Source: the human T2T-CHM13v2.0 reference genome, Homo sapiens
Assembly (NCBI RefSeq): GCF_009914755.1
Contig: NC_060944.1
Strand: one strand, 5' to 3'
Length of the DNA stretch: 64,000 nucleotides
In this document: one piece after another, positions 1-13,300 of the stretch
How the letters are laid out: every line of letters begins with the position of its first letter
Numbering within the stretch: the stretch's first letter is position 1
The notes under the pieces: generated by a model
Seen by the model: the letters and a program-made list of their open reading frames with translations, nothing else
What the model was told of the DNA's origin: nothing
Databases searched by the model: none
Made by a program: the position numbers and the translations under genes

Positions 1-939
1 ATAGGCCTTGTTTATATTACAACTAGAGCAGGACTTCTGGAGGGCTATAGCTTTATAATTATCATTATTATTTTTTTCCCTAGGGGAGAGCATAGGCCTG
101 GCACTGGGAGGTGCTGATGCTCAGGGGATATTTGTGGAATGAAGGAACTGTCTGGTGTTTGTCTGGCTCACAGTGGGTTCACACAGGGGAGTGTGCAGCC
201 TTGAGGCAGACCTGGAGGGCAGTCATGCTCCTATGAGACCTTCGTGACCTTTGAGGTGTTGTGTTACATTGGTTGGAACACCTTGCTCCTTGTCCTTCCA
301 TTCCATCTGAAATCTCCTAGGGTCCTAAGGGACTCTGTGGCCTTCTTAAATGGGATTTCTCCATGTGTGTTTGAAAAGGAAACTATTTATTGGCAATGCA
401 GAGCTCACTGCTGTTACAGTGCTGATTTCATTTAAGGTCCAAATATGTCTTAAGATTGAGTGTATACTACACTGCAATTCAATATTGGTTGAAGGTGATG
501 ATGCTTAATGTATTTATTTCTCATATTCTAAATTTTACCATTAGTTCCTATTTTCTGAAAAATATGCTCACCCATACACCCAAATATTGCAATGAAAAGC
601 CCTTAAAGAAATTCAGAGGCGTTGGGAGTGACAGAACAAAAGATGCATGGTTGTGAAAACATCCTATCACGATAATGATTCACAAAGAGAAAAAAGAATA
701 CTTGTGCTTTATTGCTAAAGTGAGAAAAGTAACAAGACATAGTTCTAAATCTGATTTATAATGAACTTCCACCTACACTATTCTTTGTGTACAGAGGCAA
801 TGGAAGTCCCTGGAACAATGCTTTTAATTTCCTCCTTTCTCCACTCCTCGTTTAATGTACTTGGGCCACCTCCATTATTCCAGCTGCCCTCCTGCCCCTG
901 AGAAATACCTCACCTTCTGCATTTATATTTTGGAGCTCG

Positions 940-1335
940 ACCTTCCTGGCATCTCTGAATCCTGACTTCATTATTATCTGACACCACTCCCCTTTCTTTT
1001 AACAGTGTCTATATGAGTTTCCCCTCAGTTGAAGCTTTCCTAAGAACATAGCAATATGCCTTTACTAGTAAAAATCCCAACCTCAAAACCAACACAATGT
1101 TCCCCAGTCCCTTTTCCTCCTTTAGTTACCGTCTTCTTCTTCATCTCCTTCCCTCTACTATGCAAGTGTAACTTATAGTCACTGTCTCCCTGTCCTTACC
1201 TCCTACCTACTTCTTCTCAGCCTTCCAAAGTCTTTTTCTGCCCTCACCACTACTTTGAAATTTCTTTATCATGGCTGTGGGCAACATGGCTCCCAGCAAC
1301 CCCAACTGATGTTTTTCAGAATCTTCCTTGTTTTT
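940..1335 (+). mobile_element. L2 LINE fragment
   Basis: Pyrimidine-rich degenerate L2 motifs (cctcaccactactttgaaatttctttatcatgg). Confidence 0.45.
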
Positions 1336-1359
1336 ATTTGCTGCAGTACCTTCCACCCC

Positions 1360-1818
1360 TTCATCCATTCATTCACCAGTCATACTTTAAAAATGTACTG
1401 ATGTCTCTTTTAAGCATTGTGCTAGTGTTGTGGATTGATGATGATTAATGATTTCATGCCTGCCCTTATTGCGGAGACAGATGCTAAGCAAATAGAGGTA
1501 CAATTATTTTCATTATAACTGCTATGAAGGAAAAAAAGTACAAGTGAGTATAGGAAGCATGGAAGGTTTCCCTGGAAAATTCTATTTATGACAAGTGGGA
1601 TTTAGGCCAGCATGAGTAGAAGAATGTGTCAGGTGGAGGGAACAGCAGGTGTGGGTATTCCAAAGAGCCAAAGAACACAAGATTTTGAAGGAGAGAAGCA
1701 GAATTAGCACAGGAGAGTGTGGCTCAGATAATGTGGTTGGATGGCAAGGGCCTGCATATATACTGCGTAGGTCCTTGCAGGATTTTAGACGTATAAAGTC
1801 AACCAGAAACCATTAAAA
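1360..1818 (-). mobile_element. L2 3' end
   Basis: cattcattca tail followed by the typical reverse-strand L2 3' sequence. Confidence 0.6.
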
Positions 1819-1819
1819 C

Positions 1820-2030
1820 CATGTTTTCAACCCTGGCACCATTGACATTTGGTCCCAGTAGTTTTTTGTTGTGGAGTCTGGCCTGTGTATTATACGATAT
1901 TTAGCAGTATCCCTCGCTCTAGATACTGGGTGTCAGTTGCAAAGCCTCCCAGTAGTGACAACCAAAATTGTCTCCAGACATAGCCAAAAGTCCCCTGGGG
2001 TGCAAAATTGCTCCCAGTTGAGAACCACTG
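1820..2030. mobile_element. MER20 (hAT-Charlie MITE)
   Basis: gtgacaaccaaaattgtctccagacatagcc...cccagttgagaaccactg terminus. Confidence 0.85.
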
Positions 2031-2094
2031 ATGAAAATGATAAATGATATACTATGCTTTTAAAAGTATCCGGCCAGTTCACTGCCCTCCCCGC

Positions 2095-2205
2095 CACCCC
2101 AAAGGCCAATAAGTACATGAAAAGATGTTTAACATCATTAGTCATTGGAGAAATGCAAATTAAAAAACACATTGAGGTGCCACTGCATACCCACCAGAGC
2201 TATAT
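2095..2205 (+). mobile_element. Old L1 ORF2 C-terminal fragment
   Basis: ggccaataagtacatgaaaagatgtttaacatcattagtcattggagaaatgcaaattaaaa (ANKYMKRCLTSLVIGEMQIK). Confidence 0.75.
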
Positions 2206-3006
2206 GTTACTGAAATTATTGGTTTTTCTCATCTGATGCCCCCACTAAGCCAGGAGCACCTCGGTTGATTTGGGATCTGGGCTTTAATTTGGTTCTCTCG
2301 TGGATTATCTGAAGGATCTTGCACGACACTTGAAGAACAATTCTTCCAACATTTCCCTACATTGTGTTAAAAGGGATTTTTCTGCTTGTTCTGTAGGAAG
2401 CCAGTATCTTCACATTGCTTCTCTCCACTGTTTTGCACCCTCTACTCTGGACCTTCTTCATCTCTTCTGCTTTTCTTTATTTTGGGAAATTTCAGAGTAG
2501 AGACACTCCTGGAGGAAAAGTCTCATCAATGCTGATACACGTGGATGTTTTACTCCAATGATCTTAATTCCTCACCTGGCATCCAAGACTACGTTTATAA
2601 TGTTTTCATTTCATAGTCAGGGCTGTATTGCTCATGTTTAGTTTGACAAGCATCACATCTGATTTTCTGTGACCCTTAGAACTCTTTGCCCGTTGCATAG
2701 CTGTTTTCCCCCCAGTGTCTCTATTTGCTGTATTTGGCCCTGCTGCTTCCTGATGCAAGTCTTGGGCAATCCCTGTGGAACATCGCTTGTTACTTTTCCT
2801 GTTGACTCTGTGGTATCGATTAGTTTAGACGTGCATGCCTCTATTCATGTGTGTTCTCTTGTAATACCATAAAAACATGAGAATCGCTGTGGAGTGAGAA
2901 TTGTGGTCAACCTTGGCCAGGAGACTTTCTGACAGTGGTGCTGAGGAATGTGCCATGGGTCTGTGGACTGGCCCTTGACATGAGCCTTGAGGTTTAGGGT
3001 TATGCT

Positions 3007-3423
3007 TTGTAGTAGTTTACTAAGACTTCCATAGCAAAGGACCATAGCCTGGGTGGATTACACAACGGAAATTTATTTTCTCACAGTTTGGGAGGAAGTG
3101 GGAGATAAAGGTGTCAGCAGGGTTGCTTCCTGCTGAGGGCCGTGAGGGAAGGATGTGTGCCAGGCCTCTCGTCTTGGCTGGTAGATGGCCTGCTTCTCCC
3201 TGCATCTTCACATCATTTTCCTTCTGTACATGCCTGTGTCCAGATGTTCTCTTCTTATAAGGACACCAGTCATACTGGATTAGGGCCCACTCTAAGGCCT
3301 CCTTTTAACTTAATCATATCTGTAAAGACCCTATCTCTAAATAAGATCACACTTTGAGGTACTGGGGATTAGGACTTCAACATGTGAGTTGTTGGGGAGG
3401 AGGCCACGATAAACCTGGTGACA
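3007..3423 (-). mobile_element. MLT1 (A/B/C-type) MaLR solo LTR
   Basis: aaatttattttctcacagtt...cttataaggacaccagtcatactggattagggcccac...aggacttcaacatg. Confidence 0.8.
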
Positions 3424-3665
3424 TACCTCCGCCTGGTAAAGCGTAGCTCAGAGGGTAGCAACATGACAGCTCTAGTTAGATATTGAAGAACTGACACTTA
3501 GAGAAGAAGTTAGATTTATTTTGTACTATTTAAATGTTAAAAATTAAATGGTAGCTGCATATGTGGATAAAACCATAAACTGCCTTGCTGGAATTGTGTG
3601 ACAAGAGCACTGAGATTGCTTTGTGAGAAATCTCCCTGTTAAAGAGTGTCCCTGTGAAGGTTTGG

Positions 3666-3970
3666 AGTTGCCCTGCCTAACAGAAATATAGCGTGAGCCA
3701 CACAGGACACTTGTAAATGTTCTAGTAGCCTCATTAAAACAAGTAAAAAAGAAACAGATGGAATTAATACGAATACTATATTTAATTTAATCCACTGTAG
3801 GCATTTTGACATGTAATCAATGTCAGAAATCATTAGTGAGCTATTTTCTATTCCTGTTTCCATTCTTAGTCTTTGAAATCTTGCAGCACATCTTAGTCTC
3901 AGCAGTCGCATTTCAAGTGCTCAGTAGTCACAAGGGAGCCACAGCAGCTCCTGTACTGGACAGCACCAGT
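3666..3970. mobile_element. MER33-like hAT-Charlie MITE
   Basis: agaaatatagcgtgagccaca...catttcaagtgctcagtagtcac...ctggacagcac. Confidence 0.7.
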
Positions 3971-3974
3971 ATAG

Positions 3975-4230
3975 GGCATCCATTCTCAACAGGGGCCATG
4001 TCGCTTCCAAGGAAACGAAAAGTGGTTTTGGGGAACAAAAGAAATCTTCTTACTGTTTTTGTTTTTTTTGTTTTTTTTTTTTTTGGTATAAGGCACAGTT
4101 ATACATACAGCATATAAACAGATATTCAGCCTATCTGCAATATTGAAGTGTCATGGGGGATGATTAGAAAAATAAAAACCTAAAAAGCCTCCCTTGCAGG
4201 GCAATAATGGAAAAAGTTGAGAAGCACTGT
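3975..4230. mobile_element. hAT-Charlie MITE (MER112-like)
   Basis: Ends ..ttctcaac and gttgagaagcactg form Charlie-type TIRs; subfamily tentative. Confidence 0.55.
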
Positions 4231-4234
4231 TATA

Positions 4235-4460
4235 GAGTGCGTACTTGAAGGTTTAATTTCCAGTGCTTCCCATACCAGCTTAACTGGCTTTCCTTGAGGA
4301 AGTCACTTAGCCCAAGCCTTGGTCTAGGTATCTGTAAAATGGGAATAATAATAGTGTCTACCTCTTAAGTTATTGTAAGTATTAAAGGAGAAAAGCCACG
4401 TGAAGTTCACCACAGTGATTGGCTCAGAGCAAATGTTGAGAATGTATCAGTTACTATTCA
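4235..4460 (+). mobile_element. MIR SINE
   Basis: Core tctgtaaaatgggaataataatagtgtctacctc. Confidence 0.8.
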
Positions 4461-5074
4461 GTCAGGGATTTTTATAAAAAGGTATACTGGTATTAGAAGT
4501 GAGTTTGGATTAGTGGTGCCTTTGTCATTTCGTCTCAGTTTCTTTAGTATTTATTATTGACTTATATCAGTGCATTGATGAGCAAATCATTGTAATGTTA
4601 ATGTTGATTCCAGTGACTCTTTTTTTTCTTGCTGAATTGTTTCTCATTCTTCAGGATTTTGAGGTTTTGTTAAGGTCTTTTGCTTTGCCCCTTGATTGTT
4701 TTTGATTTGGCTTAAAGACTCTTTAGAGATTCATGTAAATTACTAAATAACATCTTCTTAATTACTATATTAATCTTCACTATTTATGATATAGGAATGA
4801 CAGTAAAACGTATTATATCAAATAAAGAGCAGCAAGTAGAAATTTACTGAACATTATCTGCTATTACTAACTTAAGACAAGTATGTTTATTGGTTTTCTT
4901 TTTTACAGACAAACATTTATCAGAAAAAATACAACTTTAAGTAAATTAGAGTTGAATTCTTAGAAGCAATATACTCACAAGATATGGTTTGCCTGCATTC
5001 TAAGGTCACAGGTGTTCTTGGAGGTAAACATCATCCTATTCCTGACCCAAAGCCTCACCTATTGTAGGCCTACA

Positions 5075-5262
5075 TCCGTGGTTTTGTAAGTGTGGCCCCT
5101 GGACCAACAGCATCAGCATCACCATGAGCTTCTTAGAAGTCCAGATTTTCAGACTCCGTCCCAGAGCTACTAAATGAGGGACTCTGGAGAAAGAGCCCAG
5201 CAATCTGTGTTTTTACAAGATCTCTCAGTGAACTTGATGCATAGGCAAGTTTAAAAACCACA
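5075..5262. mobile_element. MER5A
   Basis: gtgtggcccctggaccaacagcatcagcatcacc...cccagcaatctgtgttttacaag. Confidence 0.8.
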
Positions 5263-5826
5263 ATCTTATGAAATACACACATGTTATAGATGTTGATGGA
5301 GAGGTAAAGGATTAAAATATAGACCATCTGAGAGCTGTCTTCATCATTCTACAGTCAAAGGTCCCAAGAGTCGCAACCCATCTGCAGCTCCTTTGTCAAT
5401 GAAGGATGGTCATATATTTCAAGTTTCAAACCTGGGCATATGTTCTGACAATTAAGAATATTTGGGATCTGGGTTGAGTGGCTACTTTGGTATGGGGAGA
5501 ATATAGATACTAGCAGCTATGTGGGAGGTGGGAAAACAAGCAGGTGGAATTGAAAATAGACATTCATATATTTCTGGGTCAGATCCTACTTTGCATGGCA
5601 AGAATGCCAAGTTCCAGCTGATCTTGGAATGTTAGAGGTGATTATGAAGGAAGCGGGCAGGGAGCCGAGATAAATGATCACTTAACAGAGGAACTGTGGC
5701 CGGAAGAGTGGGGTCAAGAAAACATTGAACAAAGAAGGGTTAATTTTGAAGGAGGGGAAGGAATAAGCTAGAAATGGAAGTATCTGAAACAAACTAGGCA
5801 GCATAGAACAGTGTTCCTAAATATAA

Positions 5827-6034
<208 letters not shown>

Positions 6035-6451
6035 TGATTAGAATTTTGTCAGATGCTCTGATAAGAAAAGAAACTGACCTGAAAAAGATAAGTTACACCT
6101 ACAGTTTATTCTAAAGTCCTCTAGAAGTGGGAATGTGTGCTGTGTGCAGCCTGTCAAAACTTTTATTTTGGCAACTTCTAGAAGTAACAAAACAGGACTG
6201 AAAATATTGCTATGATTTATTGGAAACATTGGTGTGAGCTGTTATGCATGCAATCTCATGAAAGAAGCCTAAACTATTTTAAAAATTAGTCTTTCATTAT
6301 AATATCGTTTATTTCCAAATGTCTTTTTTTGACATTTAGAAGTAATTGGGAAATTTTAAAATTCTAGCTGAAGTTCCTTGCAACAGCACGGTCCTTGTAA
6401 AAGATATTTTTCAAACTGCATGTTAAGGATGTATATATGGAATATCAGCAT

Positions 6452-7052
6452 AAAACAGAATGGCAGTTCCTCAAAAAATGAAACATAGTACTATCATATG
6501 ATCCAGTAATTCCACTTCTGGGTATATACTGAAACCAAGGACTCAGATAGATATTTGTGCCCCTATGTTCATAACAGCATTATTCACAATAGCCAAAAGG
6601 TGGAAACAACCTAGATATTCATCAGTGGATGAATGGATAAACAAGACATGGCATATACATAAATGGAACATTATTCAGCTTTAAACAGGAAGGAGATATG
6701 ACACATGCTCCATGAATGAAGTTTTAGGACTTTATGCCAAATAAAATAAGCCAAACACAAAAGGACAAATATTATACAATTTTACTTATATAACTACTTA
6801 GAATACTCCAATTATTTAATTACCTGGAGTAGTCAAATTCATGGATACAGAGAGTAAGACTGGTGGTTGCCAGGTTATAGGGGCAAGAGGGAATGAGGAG
6901 TTAGTGTTTAATGCATGTGGCATTTCAATTTGGGAAGATTTAAAGTTCTAAAGATGGATGGTGCTGATGGCAGCACAGCAAGGTGAATGCATGTAATACC
7001 ACTGAAAGGCATATTAGAAAAGAGTAAATGTTATGTTCTGTATATTTTACTG
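6452..7052 (+). mobile_element. L1M (L1MA/MB) 3' end
   Basis: atccagtaattccacttctgggtatatac...atagccaaaaggtggaaacaacc... followed by 3'UTR. Confidence 0.85.
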
Positions 7053-7119
7053 CAGTAACACAGAATATCCTGATAAACTTACATTTAGTATTTTGATACA
7101 TCTGTTTTTAATTATAATC

Positions 7120-7330
7120 CACTATAATAATAATGAACATTTTTATGTGGCAAACATGCCCAGATGCTTTACCCCAAATTATCCTAGCTATTTCTCACAG
7201 CAACCTTCTGAGTTAGGTATTATGATTATTCCCTTCTTTTTTCAGTTGTGTAAAGCTATGCACTGAGATGGGACAGGCAGGAATTTGAACCCAGAGAACA
7301 TTTTCCAGAACCAGGCTCTTACAATAAAAC
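7120..7330 (-). mobile_element. MIR
   Basis: ctcacagcaaccttctgagttaggtattatgattattccc...ggaatttgaacccag. Confidence 0.7.
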
Positions 7331-8230
7331 TTAATATGTAGATTAAAATCATTCATACTGCTCTGCCCATTAGGAAGAAAAAAGTCCCAAATGCCAAAAT
7401 TATCTCTGCAAGTTCTAATTTTCATTACAAGTTCTTTTAATAAGCTAGATGATACGACACACTATGGTTATGTGTATGAAAAAATTGAAAAAACTGGCAA
7501 TTTATGTCTCTCTAAAAAATGCAATTCCTGCAAAGGCCTGAGTGTTTCAGTATAAAAATCCATATCCAGTGGCATGTATTTTCTTGTGCAGATGGTATGT
7601 CTTTCTGAAAATTGCTAAGAGAAAAGAACACATATTTTAGAAATGTTTAATATTATAATTACAATGTATCCAAGTTTTGCTTTATACTATGCATGCTTTA
7701 AACTCAGAAGACTATTTACCTATGATGTTTTATTTTAGCATGTAAAATTGAAATTTGCAACAAGTTTGTATATATCTTTCTGAATATGTAGAAGATGGCC
7801 TTATTTACTGTTACCTTGGAAACAGTGATGCTCAAATACTATGTTTTACTCTATTACAATTAAAAATCATTTTATGGAACAAATGTAATTTAAAATACTA
7901 TTCTTAAGCATGGATTTTAGTTAATATTAATCATAAAAATAAGTAATGATGTTTAGTGTTAAAATTATTTGAAAAGCTAAATATAGATTTTTAATAGAAA
8001 ACATACCTTAATCAATAAATCATAATGCTTTTTCCTTTACAAGTTATGTATAAGTCTTCTGATTATTAGGAAAGAACCTCAGTTACATAATGGATAATTC
8101 CATGAAGTTAAAAATGCCATGTCTAATTTCTTTTGAAATTTTTCTTAATAATTGACTACTTTGGAGAATCTGTACAATTATTACTTCTTAAATAACTCCT
8201 GGATAGATTTTTCTACAGTGATATATGTTG

Positions 8231-8258
8231 ATATTCATGTTTCTTCTTACATTTCTAG
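8231..8258 (+). promoter_or_regulatory. 3' splice site (polypyrimidine tract + TAG)
   Basis: atattcatgtttcttcttacatttctag directly before the exon. Confidence 0.9.
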
Positions 8259-8336
8259 GACTCAACTATTGTTACTCCAATTATTTTGAGGACTGACCCT
8301 CAGGGATTTTTCTTTTACTGGACAGATCAAAACAAG
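8259..8336 (+). CDS. PLCB1: Internal coding exon (78 nt, phase 0/0) of phospholipase C beta 1, N-terminal PH domain; peptide [26 protein letters not shown]
   Basis: Pyrimidine tract ttcttcttacatttctAG precedes 8259 and AAG|gtaaga follows 8336. The 26 open codons match the recalled PLCB1 N-terminus (...[38 protein letters not shown]...). Confidence 0.95.
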
Positions 8337-8342
8337 GTAAGA
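8334..8342 (+). promoter_or_regulatory. 5' splice site AAG|GTAAGA
   Basis: Near-consensus donor at the exon end. Confidence 0.9.
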
Positions 8343-11300
8343 AATGAGGTATGCCTTTCTTACATTTTTCAGTCGTTTACTACTTTGAAAAGTATTTATG
8401 TATCTTATCTATAGAAGAACATCCATTTCACAGATCTTTTGCAGTTTATTTAAAGGTTCTACTTTTAAAGAATATCTAAGGTATTCTTAGGACTTAGGAC
8501 GTTTCAAAGTCACTAGTTTGAAATATTAGATTTGCTAAATTCTAGAGCAATTGGTATTTTTGGTTCTGTTTATATTATGTGTTAGGATAAGAACAGGGAA
8601 ATTTGAATTACATTTGGTGTAGCACATAATTAGTCAGCGTTACTGATTTAAGTCCCCACCCATAAAGGATGAAGAAAAATGATGAGAAAATAACTTTTGA
8701 CCCAATAGCCTTACCCCTTGGCTTTTCTTTCTCTCTCTTTTCCCCTGTGCTGTTCATTAAGGACTCTCTCAGAATCAGCAGGAATTTGGCCCTGATAATT
8801 TGTTGATGTCAGAAAACCAAGAATAAAATTCCTTTAGCCTATTCCTTCAGTTGTCAGGAATTTCTTACTAAATTAGCTTTCTGCCCACAATAGCATGAAT
8901 TTATTATCTCATTTGTTATGAAGCCAATTGATGATTCTGTACTGAATTATTAAAAAGTAGAATATCTGCTGATCATAAGATTTATTTGGAGTTTAATGGG
9001 CAGTTAGATGAGAACACTCATGGAAAGTGGTTATTATTTCAAGCATCGTTGCCACAGTCCTACACTTGAACCTCAGAGGCCACAGAATATAGAATGTTTT
9101 TGTTCTCTAAGTTTTGATATATGGAGAAATGGGATAGGGTTTACTGAGAATGCTAAATACATACTGAAAACAATAGAATAGTAATAGTATACCATTAAAA
9201 CAGCTGGAACCTCCACAGTTACGGATGAAGGAGGAACAAATTGTTAGCTCTTTCAAAACTCTACATTAGTTTCTTATATCCAAAGTTCCTGGAGTTGCCT
9301 GTCAGCTTTGCCTTCTGTCTCTGAGGCAAGCTCAATTATACCTGTGTCTGGTCCCAGGGCCACTCCTGAATGAGCCTGTTTACACATCATTCAAAAGGTG
9401 AATTTCAGTCTTGTTGTCCTGGAATTAGACTCTAAATCAGTGTGCCCTGGAACCATGTGTGGCTGTAGAAGTGGAGGTAAACCACAGACCCTACGCTAAT
9501 GTCAAAAATTGTATGAGTAAGATTTCCTACTTAACGCTCACATTTATTATTGGGTGTGTTAATCGCTTTGGCTTAGACATTCTGTTTGGTTTCCTGCTGT
9601 TATGTGTAAAACAATGGCTTGCAAGAGGTTTTGTTTTTTGGGTGTTTTTTTCTTCTCCTAAAGGATATTTTTAGAACTGTTGAAACTATATTCATGAACG
9701 ATGTACTTATAATGCCTAGAGCATTTCTAAACGTTGGGTATTTGTACGAGAGACCAAACTGTCAGTTTGATTTTTCAACTTGTAGATCAAGCTTCTATAA
9801 AAGCAACAGAAGATATTCTGGGATTTTTAAATAATTCATGGCAACTCAGTTAAGCTCCCCTCTAGACCAATCATCAATATTTATTTCCTTAATAAAGAAA
9901 AAGGGTTTAGGACCAAAGGCTCTTTGTTGCATTTCTGTTGTGAACCCAGTATTTTGACCCATGCTTATTTTCAAAGGTAGGAAAATTTGTTTTCATTTTT
10001 TACACAAACTTTTAAATCTTGGTTGCAATGCTGTTTATGACCAAGCGAAACAGATAATGTGGTAGCAATTCCTTTTATCATGTTATTGCTTTTCTTTTCA
10101 TGGATATTACTCTTACAGTTCTAGCCAAGAGATAGAAATAGTAAATTTTACTTTTCACTTTCTAAATGCCAAAGTCATCTCTCAGTCATTTATCAGAATT
10201 TGGAGGCTCATTTCTTAGTGATCATATATCTTAGAATCCAAAAGATGAGAGGATTTAAGAAAAAAAAATTAAACTTACCATGCTTTCAAGTTTGTCATTT
10301 TCTTTCTGGCTTGAAGCCCAGCCCTGGAACCAGTAAGAGTGATTCATCCACTTTTAGGAGATGGACGACTCCAAGTGATGAATTAGAGTAAATGTGTGCT
10401 AGAAGAAATGGTGCATGCAAATAAAAGATGGCATGCCAAGCTTTTAGTGGGGATTTTTTTGCATAAGATCATTTGAAGGTACATGAATGAATGGTACATT
10501 CATGATGCTACTTAGAGGGCCACTTTTTAAAAAATATTTTTTATCTGGCAATTAGTTTTAGGAATCTGCCACATGTACCATAGAGATAATCTCTCAGAAA
10601 ACAAAAAAAAAATGTGATACCTTTAAGTTTATCCCTTGATTTTATACACTGTGTTTTCCATTGGTTGGGAAGCTTGCATTGGTATTTATTGTAATATGCC
10701 TCTCTTCTTCCTTTGGGCTTCTTCCAATATATTCCCTCTTTGGTCCACGAAGCTTATACCAAAGCACTTGGATTAGCAATCATCTGAGGCCTAGTCTGCT
10801 CAGAGGTGAGCAGAAATCCCTAGCAGAGGGGATTTTACAAGTGTTTTTTATTTTTCTTTTTTATAGCATTGGAGGTAAATGGCCACATTTTATGATGTTC
10901 TATGCATGTCCGTCTCTTGTCATGGCTACATCAGATCTTGTATCAGAGCCACTTATTTCAAGCCACTGGCTTTCCCCTCTGTAGACAATGACATGCTACC
11001 TTCCAAAACCCCTCCTTTGATTTGTCACCACAGAAATGATAGGTGACAAAGAAGACAGCACAGATGATGAATTTAGGAATTAAAAACTAAAGCTAGCGAG
11101 TCATTTTTAGGTAGCAGAAATGTGCTTTAGTGAAACACTGACAGGATGTTTGGAGTTGGTGGAAGCAGATAAATATGAATATCATTTTTAGGGATAAATG
11201 TTCATGCTTTGTACCAGCTCTGGACTTATTTTAATAATTCTTTTCACTGTATTGTTGGCTCTGTAAATCTTATTGAATAAAATGAGCAAAAATGAGTTTC

Positions 11301-11849
11301 TGAATATGACTATTTTAAGCAGAGTGGTTTTTCTTGTGTAAGTGTAGGTGATGTGAAGAGGATGAATTTATCTGTAAGTCATGGGTGAGAAGGGAGTCCT
11401 GCACAGCCTGAGTACTTGAGAGGTGGCCTACATTAGGCTATAACTTTTCTTTGGATCCGTGCCATGTGAACACTAGAAACCAACACAGGAAGTGTTAGCT
11501 GTGAAAACCATGTGAACTATAAGAATCTGCTCCACCGGTTTTGAAAGAAAGGCTAAAGAAGAAAAAAGTGTCAATGTTAAAGAGCTAACCAAAACCTATC
11601 CTGCTAGAATATGAAAAAAATTAGACCTTTGCCTTGCAACCTGATGCCCTGCTTCTGTGCCAAGGTTGGTGTAAAAATAAAACTAGTCACCACTAGTTCA
11701 GATCCAAGAAGTTCAATATAGTTCAGTAAACCCTTCCTTGTCTTCATAAAACTGGAGCTTGGGGGAAGGGAAAAGGAACACATCATTAAATTTGAAAAGG
11801 AATGGGAGGAAGAACACACGGTTTGCATGAAGAACTCCCATTACTTTCT

Positions 11850-13300
11850 TTTTTGTTACAAATTTTATTTGTTTTTAATATTGTGGATAATATACAAATA
11901 TCTTTTTATCTGTAAAATAGTAAAGCAATGTAACTATCTTTAAACTGCACTCTCCCATTGACTCCAATCCTAGTTCTCTATTCAGAGTCAACTAATAGTA
12001 ATAGCTTCATGGTTTCTTCCTAGGTCTCTTTTAAATAAATTTGTGCATGTGTAACTATGGAAATATTTCATTTTGTTTTGCTTATGTCCATTTTTATACT
12101 AAGTCACATCATATTAACCATTCTACAATTTCCTTTTTACCATATAGTGTGTCTCAGAGAACTTTTCAAGTTAGTACATGTGTGTCTATATCATTCCGTT
12201 AAATTGGCCTATCTTAGGGAATTTTTCATGTTAGTACATGTGTATGTATCACATTCTTTCATATTGCTCTATCGTATGTTAAACAATTGATTACCACATT
12301 TTATTTAAGAATACAGAAGTTCTCACTGGTGGATTCTTGGTGTTTGTCTCTAATTTGGGGTTACAAAGAATCCTATAATATGGAGTAATAGTCAGCTGTG
12401 TGTAGCCCTCTCTGGGAATATGGGTCAGGGATTCCCTAAGGTAAATGCTCAGAAGTGCGATTGCTGATTTAAGGCTATACCTATCCTAAATTATAATGAA
12501 TGGCTGTACCATTTTATAACCCTACCTGTCTTATATGAGTGGAACTGTTTTCTTAAGCCCAACCAACAGTAATAGGAAATATTTTAATTTTTGCCTAACT
12601 GATGCAACTGTTATATCACCTTGTTTTAATCTGTCGTTGCCTGATTTGCTAGTAAACTGTGTATATTATCATACATTTATTGATCATTTCAGTTTTTCCT
12701 TACATGGATTGCCTATTTATATCTCTTGCCCTTGTGTGGACAGTTCTCTGTGTATTCTAGATGTACTCCTTTAGCTGTTATAAATGTTGCAATTACACTC
12801 TTCCTGTCTGTGGTTTGTCTTTGACTTTCTTAACATCTAATTTATGGGTAACAAAAGATGACTTGAAGCTTTAAGTTTTCATGTAGTTACATTCCAACTA
12901 CCTCCCCACTTTTTGCTTCCTTTAAGATATTTCTGATTCCTTCTCATCACCGTTATTAATCTAGGTTTTTAATCCATATGTAATGTATTATGAGGACTGG
13001 TGTAAGGTGGAGCTCTAACTTCAATTTCTTCATATCACTCGTAGAGCTGACATTTCACTACCTGGTTTGGATGGCCCAAAGATCTGTTATGTTTTAATGC
13101 CTGTGGACTGCTGGGTTCTGATTTCCTACTTCATTCTTATCTCATTTATTTTCTGCCTTTCTTACTTTGTGGTTCAAAATTGTAATTCTTTTTGTTTACC
13201 CGTGATCCTATATTAGAGATTTAAATTTATACCTGCATATTTAGTCATTTCTGGAGACTTAGGGCAAGAAAGATTGGTTCTACCATTCATGCCATCTGCC
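11850..13300 (-). mobile_element. Very old L1ME-type fragments
   Basis: Degenerate antisense L1 3'UTR/ORF2 motifs (tcagaagtgcgattgctg, tgtattctagatgtactcctttag, ttttaatccat). Confidence 0.55.

Noticed and set aside
4615-4910. Acceptor-like tracts (ttcttcag near 4654, ttttacag near 4908) as extra exons
   Set aside because: No convincing paired donor or PLCB1-like peptide; such tracts are common in T-rich introns.
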